64,000 bases of DNA, taken from positions 8,655 to 72,654 of the forward strand of contig CAYVRR010000003.1 in assembly GCA_964453215.1 (NCBI GenBank), given 5' to 3'. The notes beneath the pieces were generated by a model. That model saw nothing but the letters and a program-made list of their open reading frames with translations, was not told the DNA's origin and did not search any database. This document shows, one piece after another, positions 19,513 through 29,494 of the stretch (position 1 is the stretch's first letter; the number at the start of each line of letters is the position of its first letter). A program made the position numbers and the translations under genes. The stretch is from an uncultured Spirochaetaceae bacterium. Lineage in GTDB: Bacteria; Spirochaetota; Spirochaetia; Sphaerochaetales; Sphaerochaetaceae.

Positions 19513-20355
19513 GTGGAAATTAGCGCAAAAATAGTTAAAGCACTGCGTGATGCAACAGGCGCAGGGATGATGGATTGTAAGAAAGCATTAGTTGAAGCCA
19601 ATGGGGACTCAGCTAAAGCTGAAAAATTACTAAAAGAAATGGGTCTTGCTGCAGTTGCAAAACGTGCAGGGAGAGCTACAAATAATGGTCGTGCTTTTAC
19701 CTTAGTGAAAGATGGAAAGGCTGTGATACTTGAAATGGCCAGTGAAACTGACTTTGTTGCTCGAAACAAAGACTTTATTGCACTTGGTGAAGAACTTTGT
19801 AATGATGTTATTGATAATAACTATACAGAGATTGTCCCATCTCTTGAATCAAAGGTAGAACTACTGATTACTAAGATTAAAGAGAACATGTCTTTAAAAA
19901 GATTTGAGTTGTGGAATGTTGATGAAAACACTTTAGTTAGTCAATATGTTCATGGCGAGGGCACACTTGCTACAATAGTAGCTCTTCATGCTTCTGATAA
20001 AAATGTACTTTCTCAAGAGAGTGTCGTAAATTTATCAAATGACCTTGCCCTCCACGTTGCAGCATTTAGTCCCCTTTATCTTGATAAGAGTAAAGTTGAT
20101 GAAGAATATGTGAAAGAAAACACTGAGATTTTTACAAACCAAACACTTGCTTTAGGAAAACCTGAAAAAGTTATTCCTGGCATTGTAGCTGGTAAACTCA
20201 ATAAGCATTTCACTGAAATTTGTTTTATGCAACAACCCTTTGTTAAAGATGATTCGATAAGTGTAGAAAATGCTATTCAACAAGTAGGAAAAGAAGTTGG
20301 AGCGACACTAAGTGTCTCTCAATATGTTATCTACAAAGTTGGAGTAGAGGCTTAA
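19513..20355 (+). CDS. tsf: Elongation factor Ts
   Basis: GTG start after GAGGAG. VKALRDATGAGMMDCKKAL is the EF-Ts signature. Confidence 0.92.
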   Translation: MEISAKIVKALRDATGAGMMDCKKALVEANGDSAKAEKLLKEMGLAAVAKRAGRATNNGRAFTLVKDGKAVILEMASETDFVARNKDFIALGEELCNDVIDNNYTEIVPSLESKVELLITKIKENMSLKRFELWNVDENTLVSQYVHGEGTLATIVALHASDKNVLSQESVVNLSNDLALHVAAFSPLYLDKSKVDEEYVKENTEIFTNQTLALGKPEKVIPGIVAGKLNKHFTEICFMQQPFVKDDSISVENAIQQVGKEVGATLSVSQYVIYKVGVEA

Positions 20356-20371
20356 ATTAGATATTACATAC

Positions 20372-20401
20372 CAGACCGTCTAGTAATAGGCGGTTTGTTT
20401 T
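20372..20401 (+). terminator. Weak hairpin plus T-run between tsf and frr (possible attenuator)
   Basis: 9-bp stem CAGACCGTC / GGCGGTTTG (two G-U pairs), 8-nt loop, then TTTT. Confidence 0.35.
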
Positions 20402-20411
20402 GGAGTTTGAT

Positions 20412-20966
20412 ATGAAAGATGTTTTAGATGCCTGTGAAGAAAAAATGGGTAAAAGTGTAGCGAGCTTAGAAATTGAGTATAGTGCTCTTAGAACTGGTAG
20501 AGCAACTGCTGCTCTTTTTGACAAAATTAAGGTTGACTATTATGGAACAGAGACACCACTAGCCCAAGTTGCTAGTATCAGTGTGCCAGAAGCTCGCCTT
20601 GTTGTTATTCAACCTTGGGATAAGAGTTTACTTGGCCCAATTGAAAAAGCTATACTAAAGTCTGAACTTGGATTTAACCCCAATAATGATGGTAAACTTC
20701 TTAGAATTAACTTTCCTCCCCTTACTGAACAAAGAAGAAAAGAACTTGCAAAAAGTGCCAAGAACATGAGTGAGCAATATAAAATTGCTATTCGAAATGT
20801 TCGTCGAGATGGTATTGATGAGCTCAAAAAAATGGAAAAAGCAAGTACTATCAGTGAGGATGAACTTAAAGATGGTGAAACTAAGATGCAAAAATTAACT
20901 GACTCTTATATTAATCAGATTAGTGAACTTGCAATTGAAAAAGAGAAAGAAATCTTAGAAATCTGA
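20412..20966 (+). CDS. frr: Ribosome recycling factor
   Basis: MKDVLDACEEKMGKSV... and RTGRA, QPWDKS and NVRRDG blocks. GGAG lies 6 nt upstream of the ATG at 20412. Confidence 0.92.
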   Translation: MKDVLDACEEKMGKSVASLEIEYSALRTGRATAALFDKIKVDYYGTETPLAQVASISVPEARLVVIQPWDKSLLGPIEKAILKSELGFNPNNDGKLLRINFPPLTEQRRKELAKSAKNMSEQYKIAIRNVRRDGIDELKKMEKASTISEDELKDGETKMQKLTDSYINQISELAIEKEKEILEI

Positions 20967-20986
20967 TATTATTATAAGAGACAAAC

Positions 20987-21694
20987 ATGCACGATGAAAA
21001 GAATATACCTACACATATTGGCATTATAATGGATGGCAATGGGAGGTGGGCAACAAAGCGCTCACTTCCCAGAACAGCTGGCCATTTTGAGGGTGTCAAA
21101 GCTGCAAAGCGTATTGTAAAAGCAGCAAAAGAATCAAATATCCCATTTCTTACTTTTTATGTATTTTCTACAGAGAATTGGTGTCGTCCTCCTAAAGAGG
21201 TCGAATATTTAATGAATCTCCTTTCCACTCGATTATTTAGTGAAACTGATTTTTATCATCGTCTCGGTGCAAGAATCCTTATTAGGGGAGATATGTCCTC
21301 CTTTTCAGAGAAACTAAAAGATAGTGTCCTCGCTACTATGGAAGAGACAAAACATAATACAGCAATTACTGTCACTCTTGCAGTAAATTATGGGGGACAA
21401 GATGAAATAGTGCGTGCTGTGAACAAATGGATCGAATCACCTAATCACTCATCCCATATTACTAAAAATGTGTTAAGGGAGCACCTTGATCTCTCTTTTA
21501 TCCCTCCAGTTGATTATATCATCCGTAGTGGTGGTGAAAAACGGTTAAGTAACTTTTTATTGTGGGATGCAGCATATGCAGAACTAGCTTTTGTTGATAC
21601 TCTATGGCCAGATTGGAATGAAAAAGAATTTATTGCTGTACTAGATGAGTATAAGCATAGAGCAAGAAGATTTGGAGGGGTGTGTGATGAATAG
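20987..21694 (+). CDS. uppS: Undecaprenyl diphosphate synthase
   Basis: HIGIIMDGNGRWA and FSTENW signatures. Confidence 0.92.
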   Translation: MHDEKNIPTHIGIIMDGNGRWATKRSLPRTAGHFEGVKAAKRIVKAAKESNIPFLTFYVFSTENWCRPPKEVEYLMNLLSTRLFSETDFYHRLGARILIRGDMSSFSEKLKDSVLATMEETKHNTAITVTLAVNYGGQDEIVRAVNKWIESPNHSSHITKNVLREHLDLSFIPPVDYIIRSGGEKRLSNFLLWDAAYAELAFVDTLWPDWNEKEFIAVLDEYKHRARRFGGVCDE

Positions 21695-22532
21695 TGTAGT
21701 GAAACGAGTTCTTCTTACCTTTACTGCTGTGCCTGCACTCTTTTCTCTTATCTTTTTCTTTCCGATGTATAACCATCTTCCATTTGCTATTCTTGTTGTC
21801 CTTGCAGTAATTGCAGGGAGTATTGAGATGGGGAGAATAATATTTTCTGCTTCTGTAAAAGAGTATCTTCATATTGTTATACTCTCATCTTTTATACCTG
21901 TTTTTACCTATATAGATGTAGCCTTTTTTAGTCAGTACAATATTCTCACCCTGTATTTGATGACTCTTATTACCATGTGCATGGCAAGGGAGATATATAG
22001 GGGTTCTATCGATTCTTTTACATCATCGATAGAGCATGTTGGACTCTCTTTATTACTTATTCTATACCCAGGTGGGTTAAGTATTTTTCTCATTAAAATC
22101 CTTTTTCTTCCCTACCCCACCGAGTTAACTCTCCTATTATTCCTTCTTGTATTTGGAAATGATACATTTGCCTATGTCTTTGGGATGCTTTTTGGAAAAG
22201 GAAACCGCAATATTATCAAAGTAAGTCCTAATAAGAGTATAGCTGGGTTTATAGGGGGTCTTCTCATGACATTTCTTATTGCCATCTTATTTAGACAATT
22301 TGTCCCCCATATGTCTTCATTTTTTACCATCTTACAGGTCACGATACTTGCAATTATCATAGGGATAATTGCTAATATTGGTGATTTAGTAGAATCTACC
22401 TTTAAACGAAGTGCAAAGGTGAAGGACTCAGGAACTATAATTTTGGGTCGTGGCGGAATTATGGATTCAATTGATTCACTTATCTTGAGTGCTCCATTTT
22501 TCACGTTGCTCATTTCTTTGTATATAGTATAA
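21687..22532 (+). CDS. cdsA: Phosphatidate cytidylyltransferase
   Basis: Polytopic membrane protein whose C-terminal block SxFKRSAKVKDSG...GRGGIMDSIDS is a variant of the CdsA signature. The ATG at 21687 overlaps the uppS stop. Confidence 0.8.
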   Translation: MNSVVKRVLLTFTAVPALFSLIFFFPMYNHLPFAILVVLAVIAGSIEMGRIIFSASVKEYLHIVILSSFIPVFTYIDVAFFSQYNILTLYLMTLITMCMAREIYRGSIDSFTSSIEHVGLSLLLILYPGGLSIFLIKILFLPYPTELTLLLFLLVFGNDTFAYVFGMLFGKGNRNIIKVSPNKSIAGFIGGLLMTFLIAILFRQFVPHMSSFFTILQVTILAIIIGIIANIGDLVESTFKRSAKVKDSGTIILGRGGIMDSIDSLILSAPFFTLLISLYIV

Positions 22533-22667
22533 AAAAGACTATTACTCATCCTTCTTTGTGTACGTGCTAAACGAGGTATTTTTTATGAATAAGAACAAAT
22601 GTCTTACCTCATATTCTAACCAAAATCTCTCTTTTTAGCCTATTTTTGCCTATATTCAACCAATTTT

Positions 22668-22696
22668 TTAACAAGTGACCTCACTTTTAGTATATA
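22668..22696 (+). promoter_or_regulatory. Candidate sigma70-type promoter of the SorC-family regulator, with an embedded palindrome
   Basis: TTAACA, 17-nt spacer, TATATA. The perfect inverted repeat AAGTGA-CC-TCACTT (22673-22686) sits in the spacer. Confidence 0.35.
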
Positions 22697-22776
22697 CTAG
22701 TAATTGCTTTGTAGTAGCATAACAGGTGCATCTGTTAGCATCCTTTTTATCAAGACATCTAATGAGGAGTTATGGC

Positions 22777-23718
22777 ATGCAGAAGGATAGAGATTTTCTG
22801 ATCAAAATAGCACAATCTTATTATATTAAGAAAAAGAGTCAGCAAGAAATTGCTGATGAATTTAATATACCTCGTCCCACTGTTTCTAATTTGTTAAAAC
22901 TGTGTAGAGAAACTGGTATAGTAGAAATTAGGGTGAAAGAGGGCTCACCAGAGACGAGTTTACTTGGGGAAGCTATAGAGAAGAAGTATGGCCTTCATAA
23001 GGTTATTGTAATTCCCTCTACAGAAGATCGAATATCTTTATTTAACAATATTGGAAAAGAGGCAGCATTTTATACAAATTCAATACTCCATGCAGGGATA
23101 CACATTGGCATTGCGTGGGGCACTACGTTGTATCAGATGGTTCACCAGATGAACACACAAACTATTACAGACTCAAGTGTTGTTCAGCTTATGGGGGGCT
23201 TTGGTGCTTCTAATCCCCAGTATGATGGATCTGAACTAGCGAGAGAGTTATCTAAACGTCTTGAATCAGTATATTATCCCCTTCAATGCCCTGTTATAGT
23301 AAAAAATGTTGAAGTGAAAGAGTTGCTTATGGAAGAGCCTTGGATTTATAAAACTCTTGAAATGATGAAAAACCTCGATATCGCATTTGTGGGGATCAGC
23401 TCTAATAAACCTGAGAAAAGCTCTTTAGTAAAAGCAGGATTTCTTTCAATGAAAGAGGCTAATGATTTATATCATTCGGGTGCTGTTGGTCACTTATGTG
23501 GCTATAGTTATGATAAAGATGGGAAATGGATGGATGTTTCTGCAAATCATAGAATCATAGGGATCTCTTTTTCTGATTTCCTTCAAATTCCATTGAGAGT
23601 TGGTATTGCCTGTGGCAGTGAAAAAGCTGAAGCAATACAAGCGGCTTTGGTTGGAGGGCATCTGACTACCCTCATTACAGACCAAAGTGTTGCCGCTCGT
23701 ATTATTCATGACATGTAA
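22777..23718 (+). CDS. SorC/DeoR(CggR)-family sugar-binding transcriptional regulator
   Basis: N-terminal HTH (QQEIADEFNIPRPTVSNLLK) plus a SorC-type sugar-phosphate-binding domain. GAGGAG lies 7 nt before the ATG at 22777. Confidence 0.75.
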   Translation: MQKDRDFLIKIAQSYYIKKKSQQEIADEFNIPRPTVSNLLKLCRETGIVEIRVKEGSPETSLLGEAIEKKYGLHKVIVIPSTEDRISLFNNIGKEAAFYTNSILHAGIHIGIAWGTTLYQMVHQMNTQTITDSSVVQLMGGFGASNPQYDGSELARELSKRLESVYYPLQCPVIVKNVEVKELLMEEPWIYKTLEMMKNLDIAFVGISSNKPEKSSLVKAGFLSMKEANDLYHSGAVGHLCGYSYDKDGKWMDVSANHRIIGISFSDFLQIPLRVGIACGSEKAEAIQAALVGGHLTTLITDQSVAARIIHDM

Positions 23719-23727
23719 TGTGATGAG

Positions 23728-25125
23728 TTAGTAGATTGAGTGAAGTGACTCTTTTAGTGCATCTGCACCAGCTTCCATAATAGCTTCTGAAAGAGTTGGG
23801 TGTGCATGTATAATACCTTTTAATTCATGCACAGTTATCTCTTGACTCATTAATGTGGCAGCTTCATTAATTAATTCACTTGCACTTGATCCAATAATAT
23901 GTACTCCAAGGATTTCTCCATATCTTTTATCAGAAACAATTTCAACATACCCATCTGTTTCACCACTAGAAAGTGATCTTCCATTTGCCATAAAATTAAA
24001 TCTTCCGCTCGCTACTTCATATCCTTTTTCAGTAGCTTCTTGAGTACTCATTCCGATCGTGCCAATTTCTGGATGGCTATAGACTACTGAAGGGACAAAG
24101 CGTAAATCAGCTCTCTTTTTCTCAATTTTTAGGTCTACTTTAGCATAAGAGACAGCATTAATTGCAGCTACTTCCCCCATATGGTAGGCAGCGTGGGCAA
24201 GGAGTTTTTTCCCATTCATATCACCTGGGCAAAAGATTCCATCAATACTACTCTCCATATACTCATTTACTTGTACAAAACCGTTCTCTAAAATAAGATG
24301 GCTAATTTTTTGTATTGCTGATACATCTGGAGTTCTTCCAATAGAGAGTAAAGCTCTAGAGGTCGTTATAGATGAACCATTAGAAAGAACAAGGTTGATA
24401 CCATCATCATTATCGAGCACTTCAACTACTGAGGTGTCACAAATGAATTCTATCCCCTTTTTTTTATATTTCTTTACTAGGGTATCTCGTAGTTCTTTAT
24501 CAATAAAAGACAATACATCAGGAAGTCCTTCAATGACAGTTACTTGAGACCCGAAAGATGAGAATATTGTTGCTATTTCAAGCCCAATAACTCCCCCTCC
24601 TATCACAGCGAGACTTTTTGGGATGTAGGGGATTTCAAGTATCTGGGTACTGTTAAGAACTTTTTCATTTTCAATTCCAGGAATCGGAACTACTCTACTA
24701 TGAGTTCCAGTTGCGAGAATAATTGCTTTACACTCTAACATGGTTTTTTCGCCAACTTTTACAGTTGTAGCATTTTCTATTGTGGCACTTTCATGAAACA
24801 CTTCAATGTTATTCGTTTTTAATAAAGCTTTCACTCCTTGTACTAACTTTTTTACAGCCTTATCTTTCTCTTTATGTACTTGGCTCATATCAATTTCAAA
24901 CGAGGGATCTATTTGTATTCCCCTTTTCTTGAAAGCAGAGAGAGAATCTATCAAATGAGCGGTGTGAAGAAGATGCTTTGTTGGGATACACCCACGGTTT
25001 AAGCAGGTGCCTCCTATCTCCGATTTTTCTACTAAGGCAACTTTTGCCCCGAGGCGAGATGCTTTAATTGCAGCACTATATCCTGCAGGGCCTCCACCTA
25101 CGACGACAATATCATATGTATTCAT
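23728..25125 (-). CDS. lpdA: Dihydrolipoyl dehydrogenase (E3)
   Basis: FAD site VVGGGPAGY, redox-active disulfide GGTCLNRGCIPTK and C-terminal HAHPTLSE. Confidence 0.92.
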   Translation of the reverse strand: MNTYDIVVVGGGPAGYSAAIKASRLGAKVALVEKSEIGGTCLNRGCIPTKHLLHTAHLIDSLSAFKKRGIQIDPSFEIDMSQVHKEKDKAVKKLVQGVKALLKTNNIEVFHESATIENATTVKVGEKTMLECKAIILATGTHSRVVPIPGIENEKVLNSTQILEIPYIPKSLAVIGGGVIGLEIATIFSSFGSQVTVIEGLPDVLSFIDKELRDTLVKKYKKKGIEFICDTSVVEVLDNDDGINLVLSNGSSITTSRALLSIGRTPDVSAIQKISHLILENGFVQVNEYMESSIDGIFCPGDMNGKKLLAHAAYHMGEVAAINAVSYAKVDLKIEKKRADLRFVPSVVYSHPEIGTIGMSTQEATEKGYEVASGRFNFMANGRSLSSGETDGYVEIVSDKRYGEILGVHIIGSSASELINEAATLMSQEITVHELKGIIHAHPTLSEAIMEAGADALKESLHSIY

Positions 25126-25147
25126 CTATATATCTCCACTTTTTTAA

Positions 25148-26446
25148 TCACACGAGAAATGAGTAAGGATGTTCGAGGCTGTGAATTAAAGCTTGCATAA
25201 ACTCTGCAGCTTCAGAGCCATCAATTATTCGATGGTCGAATGTGAGACTTAATCCAATTTTCTTTACCACTACAAGCTCGCCCATCTGTATTGCAGGGAC
25301 ATCCTCAATAGCACACACACCAAGAATTGCAGCCTCTGGAGAATTAATTATTGGATTAAAGGAGAGAATACCCCACTTGCCAACGTTTGTAATCGTAAAG
25401 GTTGAGCCTTGTAGCTCATCACTTTTCAATTCACCTTTTCTCCCTTTTTCAACAAGGAGAGATGCGTGTTTAGAAAGTTGTGATAAACTCATTCGATCGG
25501 CATCTTTTATCACTGCAACAAGTAATCCCTTTTCGGATGCTATTGCCATTCCAAGATGTACATTGCCATGGAGAGTAACTATATCTTTATCAATAGATGA
25601 ATTCATGATGGGGAAAGATGGAAGTAATTTGCTTGTTGCAAGCATTATGAGGTCATTAATTGAGATGTGGAGGTTCGTTGTTTCATTAATCTGTTTTCGA
25701 ATCTTGAGTAAATCAGTAACATCAGCTTTTGCGTGTTCTGTGACCATTGGAATAGTTGTATGAGAGTATACCATTCTTTCGCCTGTGATTTTTTTCACTT
25801 TATTCAATCGAATTGTAGTAGATTCTCTAACTTCATTACCGATGAAAGTAGGTTGATGTTCTTTTGGAAGATCTGTTGAATAAATCTTGCCTTGATACCC
25901 ACTTCCCTTAACGTGGTCAAGTTGTATTTTTTTATCATGAGCCATACGTGAAGCAAGTGGTGTTGCTTTTACTTTGGTCGCTTCAAACGTTACTACATCA
26001 ATTTCTTTTACTTCATTATGAGATCCAGATGGAGGAATATGGGAAATATCTAGGTTTCTCTCTCTTGCCACTCTTCTTGCAGCTGGAGTTGCTTTTGTTT
26101 TCCCATCTACTACATCTTCTTCTATTTTAGGGACAGATATGCTCTCTTTTTGAGGTTCTTCCCCTCTAGTTTCAACAGGATGAGTATCTGTGTGTGGTAC
26201 TTTTTCTCCTGGTTCTCCTAGCCATGCTATGGGGAGGGTTACTTTTACTGTTGAGCCAGCTGGGTAGAGTATTTCTAACACAGTCCCTTCATAATCAGAT
26301 TCATACTCCATGGTAGATTTATCTGTTTCGAGTTCAGCGAGAATATCTCCTTTGGAGACTTTATCACCCGGTTTTATAAACCATTCGATGATAGTTCCCT
26401 CTTCCATAGCCATTCCAGTTTTTGGCATAATAATTTCTTGAGCCAT
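25148..26446 (-). CDS. Dihydrolipoamide acyltransferase (E2) of an acetoin/pyruvate dehydrogenase-type complex
   Basis: Lipoyl domain with ELETDKST and catalytic DHRIIDG near the C-terminus. The ATG at 26446 (MAQEIIMPK) is preceded by AAGGAG; the track ORF extends to 26563. Confidence 0.85.
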   Translation of the reverse strand: MAQEIIMPKTGMAMEEGTIIEWFIKPGDKVSKGDILAELETDKSTMEYESDYEGTVLEILYPAGSTVKVTLPIAWLGEPGEKVPHTDTHPVETRGEEPQKESISVPKIEEDVVDGKTKATPAARRVARERNLDISHIPPSGSHNEVKEIDVVTFEATKVKATPLASRMAHDKKIQLDHVKGSGYQGKIYSTDLPKEHQPTFIGNEVRESTTIRLNKVKKITGERMVYSHTTIPMVTEHAKADVTDLLKIRKQINETTNLHISINDLIMLATSKLLPSFPIMNSSIDKDIVTLHGNVHLGMAIASEKGLLVAVIKDADRMSLSQLSKHASLLVEKGRKGELKSDELQGSTFTITNVGKWGILSFNPIINSPEAAILGVCAIEDVPAIQMGELVVVKKIGLSLTFDHRIIDGSEAAEFMQALIHSLEHPYSFLV

Positions 26447-26459
26447 GATATTCTCCTTA

Positions 26460-27443
26460 TTATGAGGTAAGCTCTTTGATTGCTTGAATAATTTTTTCTT
26501 CAGTTGGAACAACTTGTGCTTCAAGAGTTGGGTTATATGGAATTGGAACGTCGAGTCCACCAAGTCTCTTTATAGGAGCATCAAGATAGAAAAATGCTTC
26601 ACTGTCAGCAATTACACTCACAAGTTCTGCTCCATACCCACCTCTTTGACAAGCTTCATAGACAACGAGGACTTTTCCAGTTTTTTTAGCTGATTCTATA
26701 ATACACTTTTCATCAAGGGGGACAAGAGATCTAATATCGACAACTTCGATATCAATACCCTCCTTTGCTAATTGTTCAGCTACAAGTAAACACCTTCCTA
26801 CCATCCGTCCATATGTGATAATAGAAACATCTTTTCCTTCCCTCTTTACATCTGCAACACCTAAAGGAATTTCATAATCATCTTCAATTTCAGGTACTGG
26901 TCCTTTTACTCTGTAAAGGAGTTTTTGTTCTATGAATACTACGGGGTTGTTATCTCGAATAGCAGCTTTAAGTAATCCTTTTGCATCAAACGGTGTTGAA
27001 GGAATTACTACTTTAAGTCCTGGTACATGGGCAACCCATGCTTCAAGGCTTTGACTGTGTTGTGCAGCTGCTCCTGTTCCACTTCCCCCTGGAGTTCTTA
27101 ATACCATAGGTACAGATCCTTGTCCTCCAAACTGGAATCTATTCTTGGCAGCTTGGTTTACTAATGGTTCCATAGCGAGGGCCATAAAGTCACTAAACAT
27201 TAATTCAACAATGGGCCTAAGTCCTGTCATCGCAGCGCCAGTAGCTGCTCCAACGATTGCAAGTTCTGATATCGGTGTATCGAGTACTCTTTCAGGTCCA
27301 AATTGTTCTATCATTCCACGGGAAACTCCAAAAGCTCCACCGTAAACTCCAATATCTTCTCCCATGAATACAATGTTTGGATCTCTCTCCATCTCTTCAC
27401 TCATCGCTTCATTTATTGCTTGGGCATATGTAATCTCTCTCAT
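26460..27443 (-). CDS. TPP-dependent dehydrogenase E1 beta subunit
   Basis: Typical E1-beta layout ([15 protein letters not shown]..., transketolase-like pyrimidine-binding and C-terminal domains). Confidence 0.9.
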   Translation of the reverse strand: MREITYAQAINEAMSEEMERDPNIVFMGEDIGVYGGAFGVSRGMIEQFGPERVLDTPISELAIVGAATGAAMTGLRPIVELMFSDFMALAMEPLVNQAAKNRFQFGGQGSVPMVLRTPGGSGTGAAAQHSQSLEAWVAHVPGLKVVIPSTPFDAKGLLKAAIRDNNPVVFIEQKLLYRVKGPVPEIEDDYEIPLGVADVKREGKDVSIITYGRMVGRCLLVAEQLAKEGIDIEVVDIRSLVPLDEKCIIESAKKTGKVLVVYEACQRGGYGAELVSVIADSEAFFYLDAPIKRLGGLDVPIPYNPTLEAQVVPTEEKIIQAIKELTS

Positions 27444-27452
27444 ACTGATCTC

Positions 27453-28412
27453 CTAAGACTCGTATACGTCATCAAATATTCTATCTATTGAAAGCTCTGG
27501 ACTGTTTTTAGCAAATTCTACAGCTTGTTCAATTTCAACTTTAGCTTGTTCATTCATCGCTTCGATCTCTTTTTCTGTAAATATTTTATTATCCACCAAG
27601 TATTCTCTGTGGCGTTTAATTGGATCTTTTGCCTTCCATTCATTTACTTCTTCTTTTGATCTATAAAGCTGTGCATCACTTTTTGAGTGTCCCATCCATC
27701 TATATGTATTGAGCACCATGAGCATAGGTCCATGTTCTAAGACATATTCACGAGCTTTTTTTGTCTCTTTATATATGTTGATTACATCATTTCCATCGAG
27801 AGCAAGTCCTTTTATTCCATAACTTGTTGCCCTAATAGAGATGTCATCAATATTCATTGATTTTTTTACAGATGTAGACATTCCATAAAAGTTATTGGTA
27901 CATACAAAGATAACGGGAAGTTTCCACACAGAAGCTAGGTTTAAAGATTCGTGAAATGAGCCCTCATTCGTAGCTCCATCGCCAAAATAGCTGACTGTGA
28001 CATTATTTTTCTTTAGATATTTTTGACTAAAGGCAGCACCTACCCCCAATGGGATTCCTCCACCTACAATACCGTTTGCACCAAGGCTTCCAACTGAAAA
28101 GTCTGCAATATGCATACAGCCCCCTTTCCCTTTGCAATACCCTGTCTCTTTTCCTAAAAATTCAGCCATCATCTTATTCACATCCATATTCTTTCCGATA
28201 CCTTGGTTGTGCCCTCGATGGGTCTGAAGGATATAATCCTCTTTCTCAAGTGCTGATGATACACCTATTCCTGTTGCTTCTTCACCTATACAGAAATGGG
28301 CAGTTCCATGCACCAATCCTTGTACAAATAATTTAGCAGCCATCTCTTCAAATTCTCTTGTAAGAACCATTTTATAATAGAGTTCTTTTTGTACTTCTTT
28401 GGTCAGCTTCAT
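27453..28412 (-). CDS. TPP-dependent dehydrogenase E1 alpha subunit (AcoA/PdhA type)
   Basis: TPP motif GDGATNEG...NN. GGGAGA Shine-Dalgarno sequence 6 nt upstream. Confidence 0.9.
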   Translation of the reverse strand: MKLTKEVQKELYYKMVLTREFEEMAAKLFVQGLVHGTAHFCIGEEATGIGVSSALEKEDYILQTHRGHNQGIGKNMDVNKMMAEFLGKETGYCKGKGGCMHIADFSVGSLGANGIVGGGIPLGVGAAFSQKYLKKNNVTVSYFGDGATNEGSFHESLNLASVWKLPVIFVCTNNFYGMSTSVKKSMNIDDISIRATSYGIKGLALDGNDVINIYKETKKAREYVLEHGPMLMVLNTYRWMGHSKSDAQLYRSKEEVNEWKAKDPIKRHREYLVDNKIFTEKEIEAMNEQAKVEIEQAVEFAKNSPELSIDRIFDDVYES

Positions 28413-28479
28413 ATTTCTTCTCCCGTTTCCTTATCTTGATCATATTTGCAACTATGAGGTCTTGTATCCTCATACATAT

Positions 28480-28508
28480 AGTATATAGTGCAACGTGGAA
28501 TTAATCAA
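28480..28508 (-). promoter_or_regulatory. Candidate sigma70-type promoter for the E1-E2-E3 genes
   Basis: On the minus strand: TTGATT, 17 nt, TATACT. Lies in the 182-bp gap upstream of E1 alpha. Confidence 0.35.
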
Positions 28509-28594
28509 TTGTAAATTTTTCTTTATATTTATTACATATGTAAAAGCGTGTAGTAAAACATATCCCCTAAAAGCAATATTATTACGTATATTAT

Positions 28595-29473
28595 CTACTC
28601 TTTTATACCTGCCATATGTTCAAACACTTTTACAACAGCTGATGCGTTTTCTTCACCAAGATCCATATGTAATCCAATTTTATTCACTTCATGAACAATG
28701 TTCGAAAGGAGAACTGGCACTTCTAGCTGTTCAGAGAAATTTCTAATTAATTCGGTATCTTTTACCATTGTTCGTAGATGGAATGAGACTTCAAAGTCTC
28801 TATTAATCATAGAAGACCCTACTCCTTGCACAACTGGAGAGCGAAAATCTGAATTCATCCAGACTTTTAACACTTCAGTAAGATCAAGTCCTGCTTTTTT
28901 TGCGAGTGTCATTGATTCACCAAGTGCTGCAACGATTGTTGAAACGAGATGGTTACCACACAGCTTTGTTGCATACCCATTTCCATGTCCACCCATGTAG
29001 TGGTGAGTTTCTGCAATCTCTTCAAAAAGGGGTATTGTTGATCTATAGATTTCGTTATCTCCTCCAATCATTACCCACAGTCCTCCACTATATGCTTCAC
29101 CTTTACTTCCATGTACGGGAGAGTCGAGAAAATGAGCCCCTTTTTGAGAGTAGTTATGTGCTTCCCATATTGCAGTATCAGGTAGTTGTGTACTCATATT
29201 AATAAATATCTGATCTTTTGTAGCATTCTCAAATGTACCACTCCCCCCTTGTGACATTGCCTTTAGAGCTTCTTTATCCCAGGGCATAAGTATAATAAAT
29301 TCTGCCCCTTGTATTGCTTCCTTCACTGTTTCATGGTAGGTAGCTCCTTTATCTATTAATGGTTGAGCATGTTTCTTTGTTCTATTATAGATAGTGAGCG
29401 TGTGATCTTTAGAGAGGAGGGTATTTCCTATACCAAGGCCCATTGTACCAGTTCCTAGAATTGCTATGTTCAT
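28595..29473 (-). CDS. 3-hydroxyisobutyrate dehydrogenase-family NAD(P)-dependent oxidoreductase
   Basis: N-terminal Rossmann IAILGTGTMGLG and 6-PGDH-like C-terminal domain blocks. AAGGAA Shine-Dalgarno sequence. Confidence 0.8.
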   Translation of the reverse strand: MNIAILGTGTMGLGIGNTLLSKDHTLTIYNRTKKHAQPLIDKGATYHETVKEAIQGAEFIILMPWDKEALKAMSQGGSGTFENATKDQIFINMSTQLPDTAIWEAHNYSQKGAHFLDSPVHGSKGEAYSGGLWVMIGGDNEIYRSTIPLFEEIAETHHYMGGHGNGYATKLCGNHLVSTIVAALGESMTLAKKAGLDLTEVLKVWMNSDFRSPVVQGVGSSMINRDFEVSFHLRTMVKDTELIRNFSEQLEVPVLLSNIVHEVNKIGLHMDLGEENASAVVKVFEHMAGIKE

Positions 29474-29494
29474 AATTATTTCCTTTTTATCCTA

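Noticed and set aside
19149-19769. Ser/Thr/Ala-rich antisense ORFs (102 and 93 aa) opposite the rpsB 3' end and the tsf 5' end.
   Set aside because: They are mirror images of GAA/GAT-rich acidic coding sequence, a compositional artefact.
20356-20411. Absence of pyrH between tsf and frr as a possible deletion or anomaly.
   Set aside because: As far as I recall, rpsB-tsf-frr-uppS-cdsA without pyrH is the normal arrangement in spirochaetes. It is consistent with the inferred lineage and is not an anomaly.
22585-22638. 17-codon micro-ORF MNKNKCLTSYSNQNLSF with GAGGT 7 nt upstream, between cdsA and the SorC gene.
   Set aside because: It has a plausible Shine-Dalgarno sequence, but I can see no conservation evidence, no terminator and nothing distinctive in its composition. 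It cannot be supported from the sequence alone.
25242-25763. 173-aa ORF antisense to the E2 gene, and similarly a 171-aa ORF (38728-39243) antisense to a permease.
   Set aside because: They lie fully inside well-supported genes on the other strand and have no start context or recognisable domains.
28413-28594. A sigma54 (-24/-12) promoter upstream of the aco-like genes, as found in classical acoR-regulated operons.
   Set aside because: I found no TGGCAC-N5-TTGC-like element on the coding strand, and no AcoR-type enhancer-binding protein is in the window.
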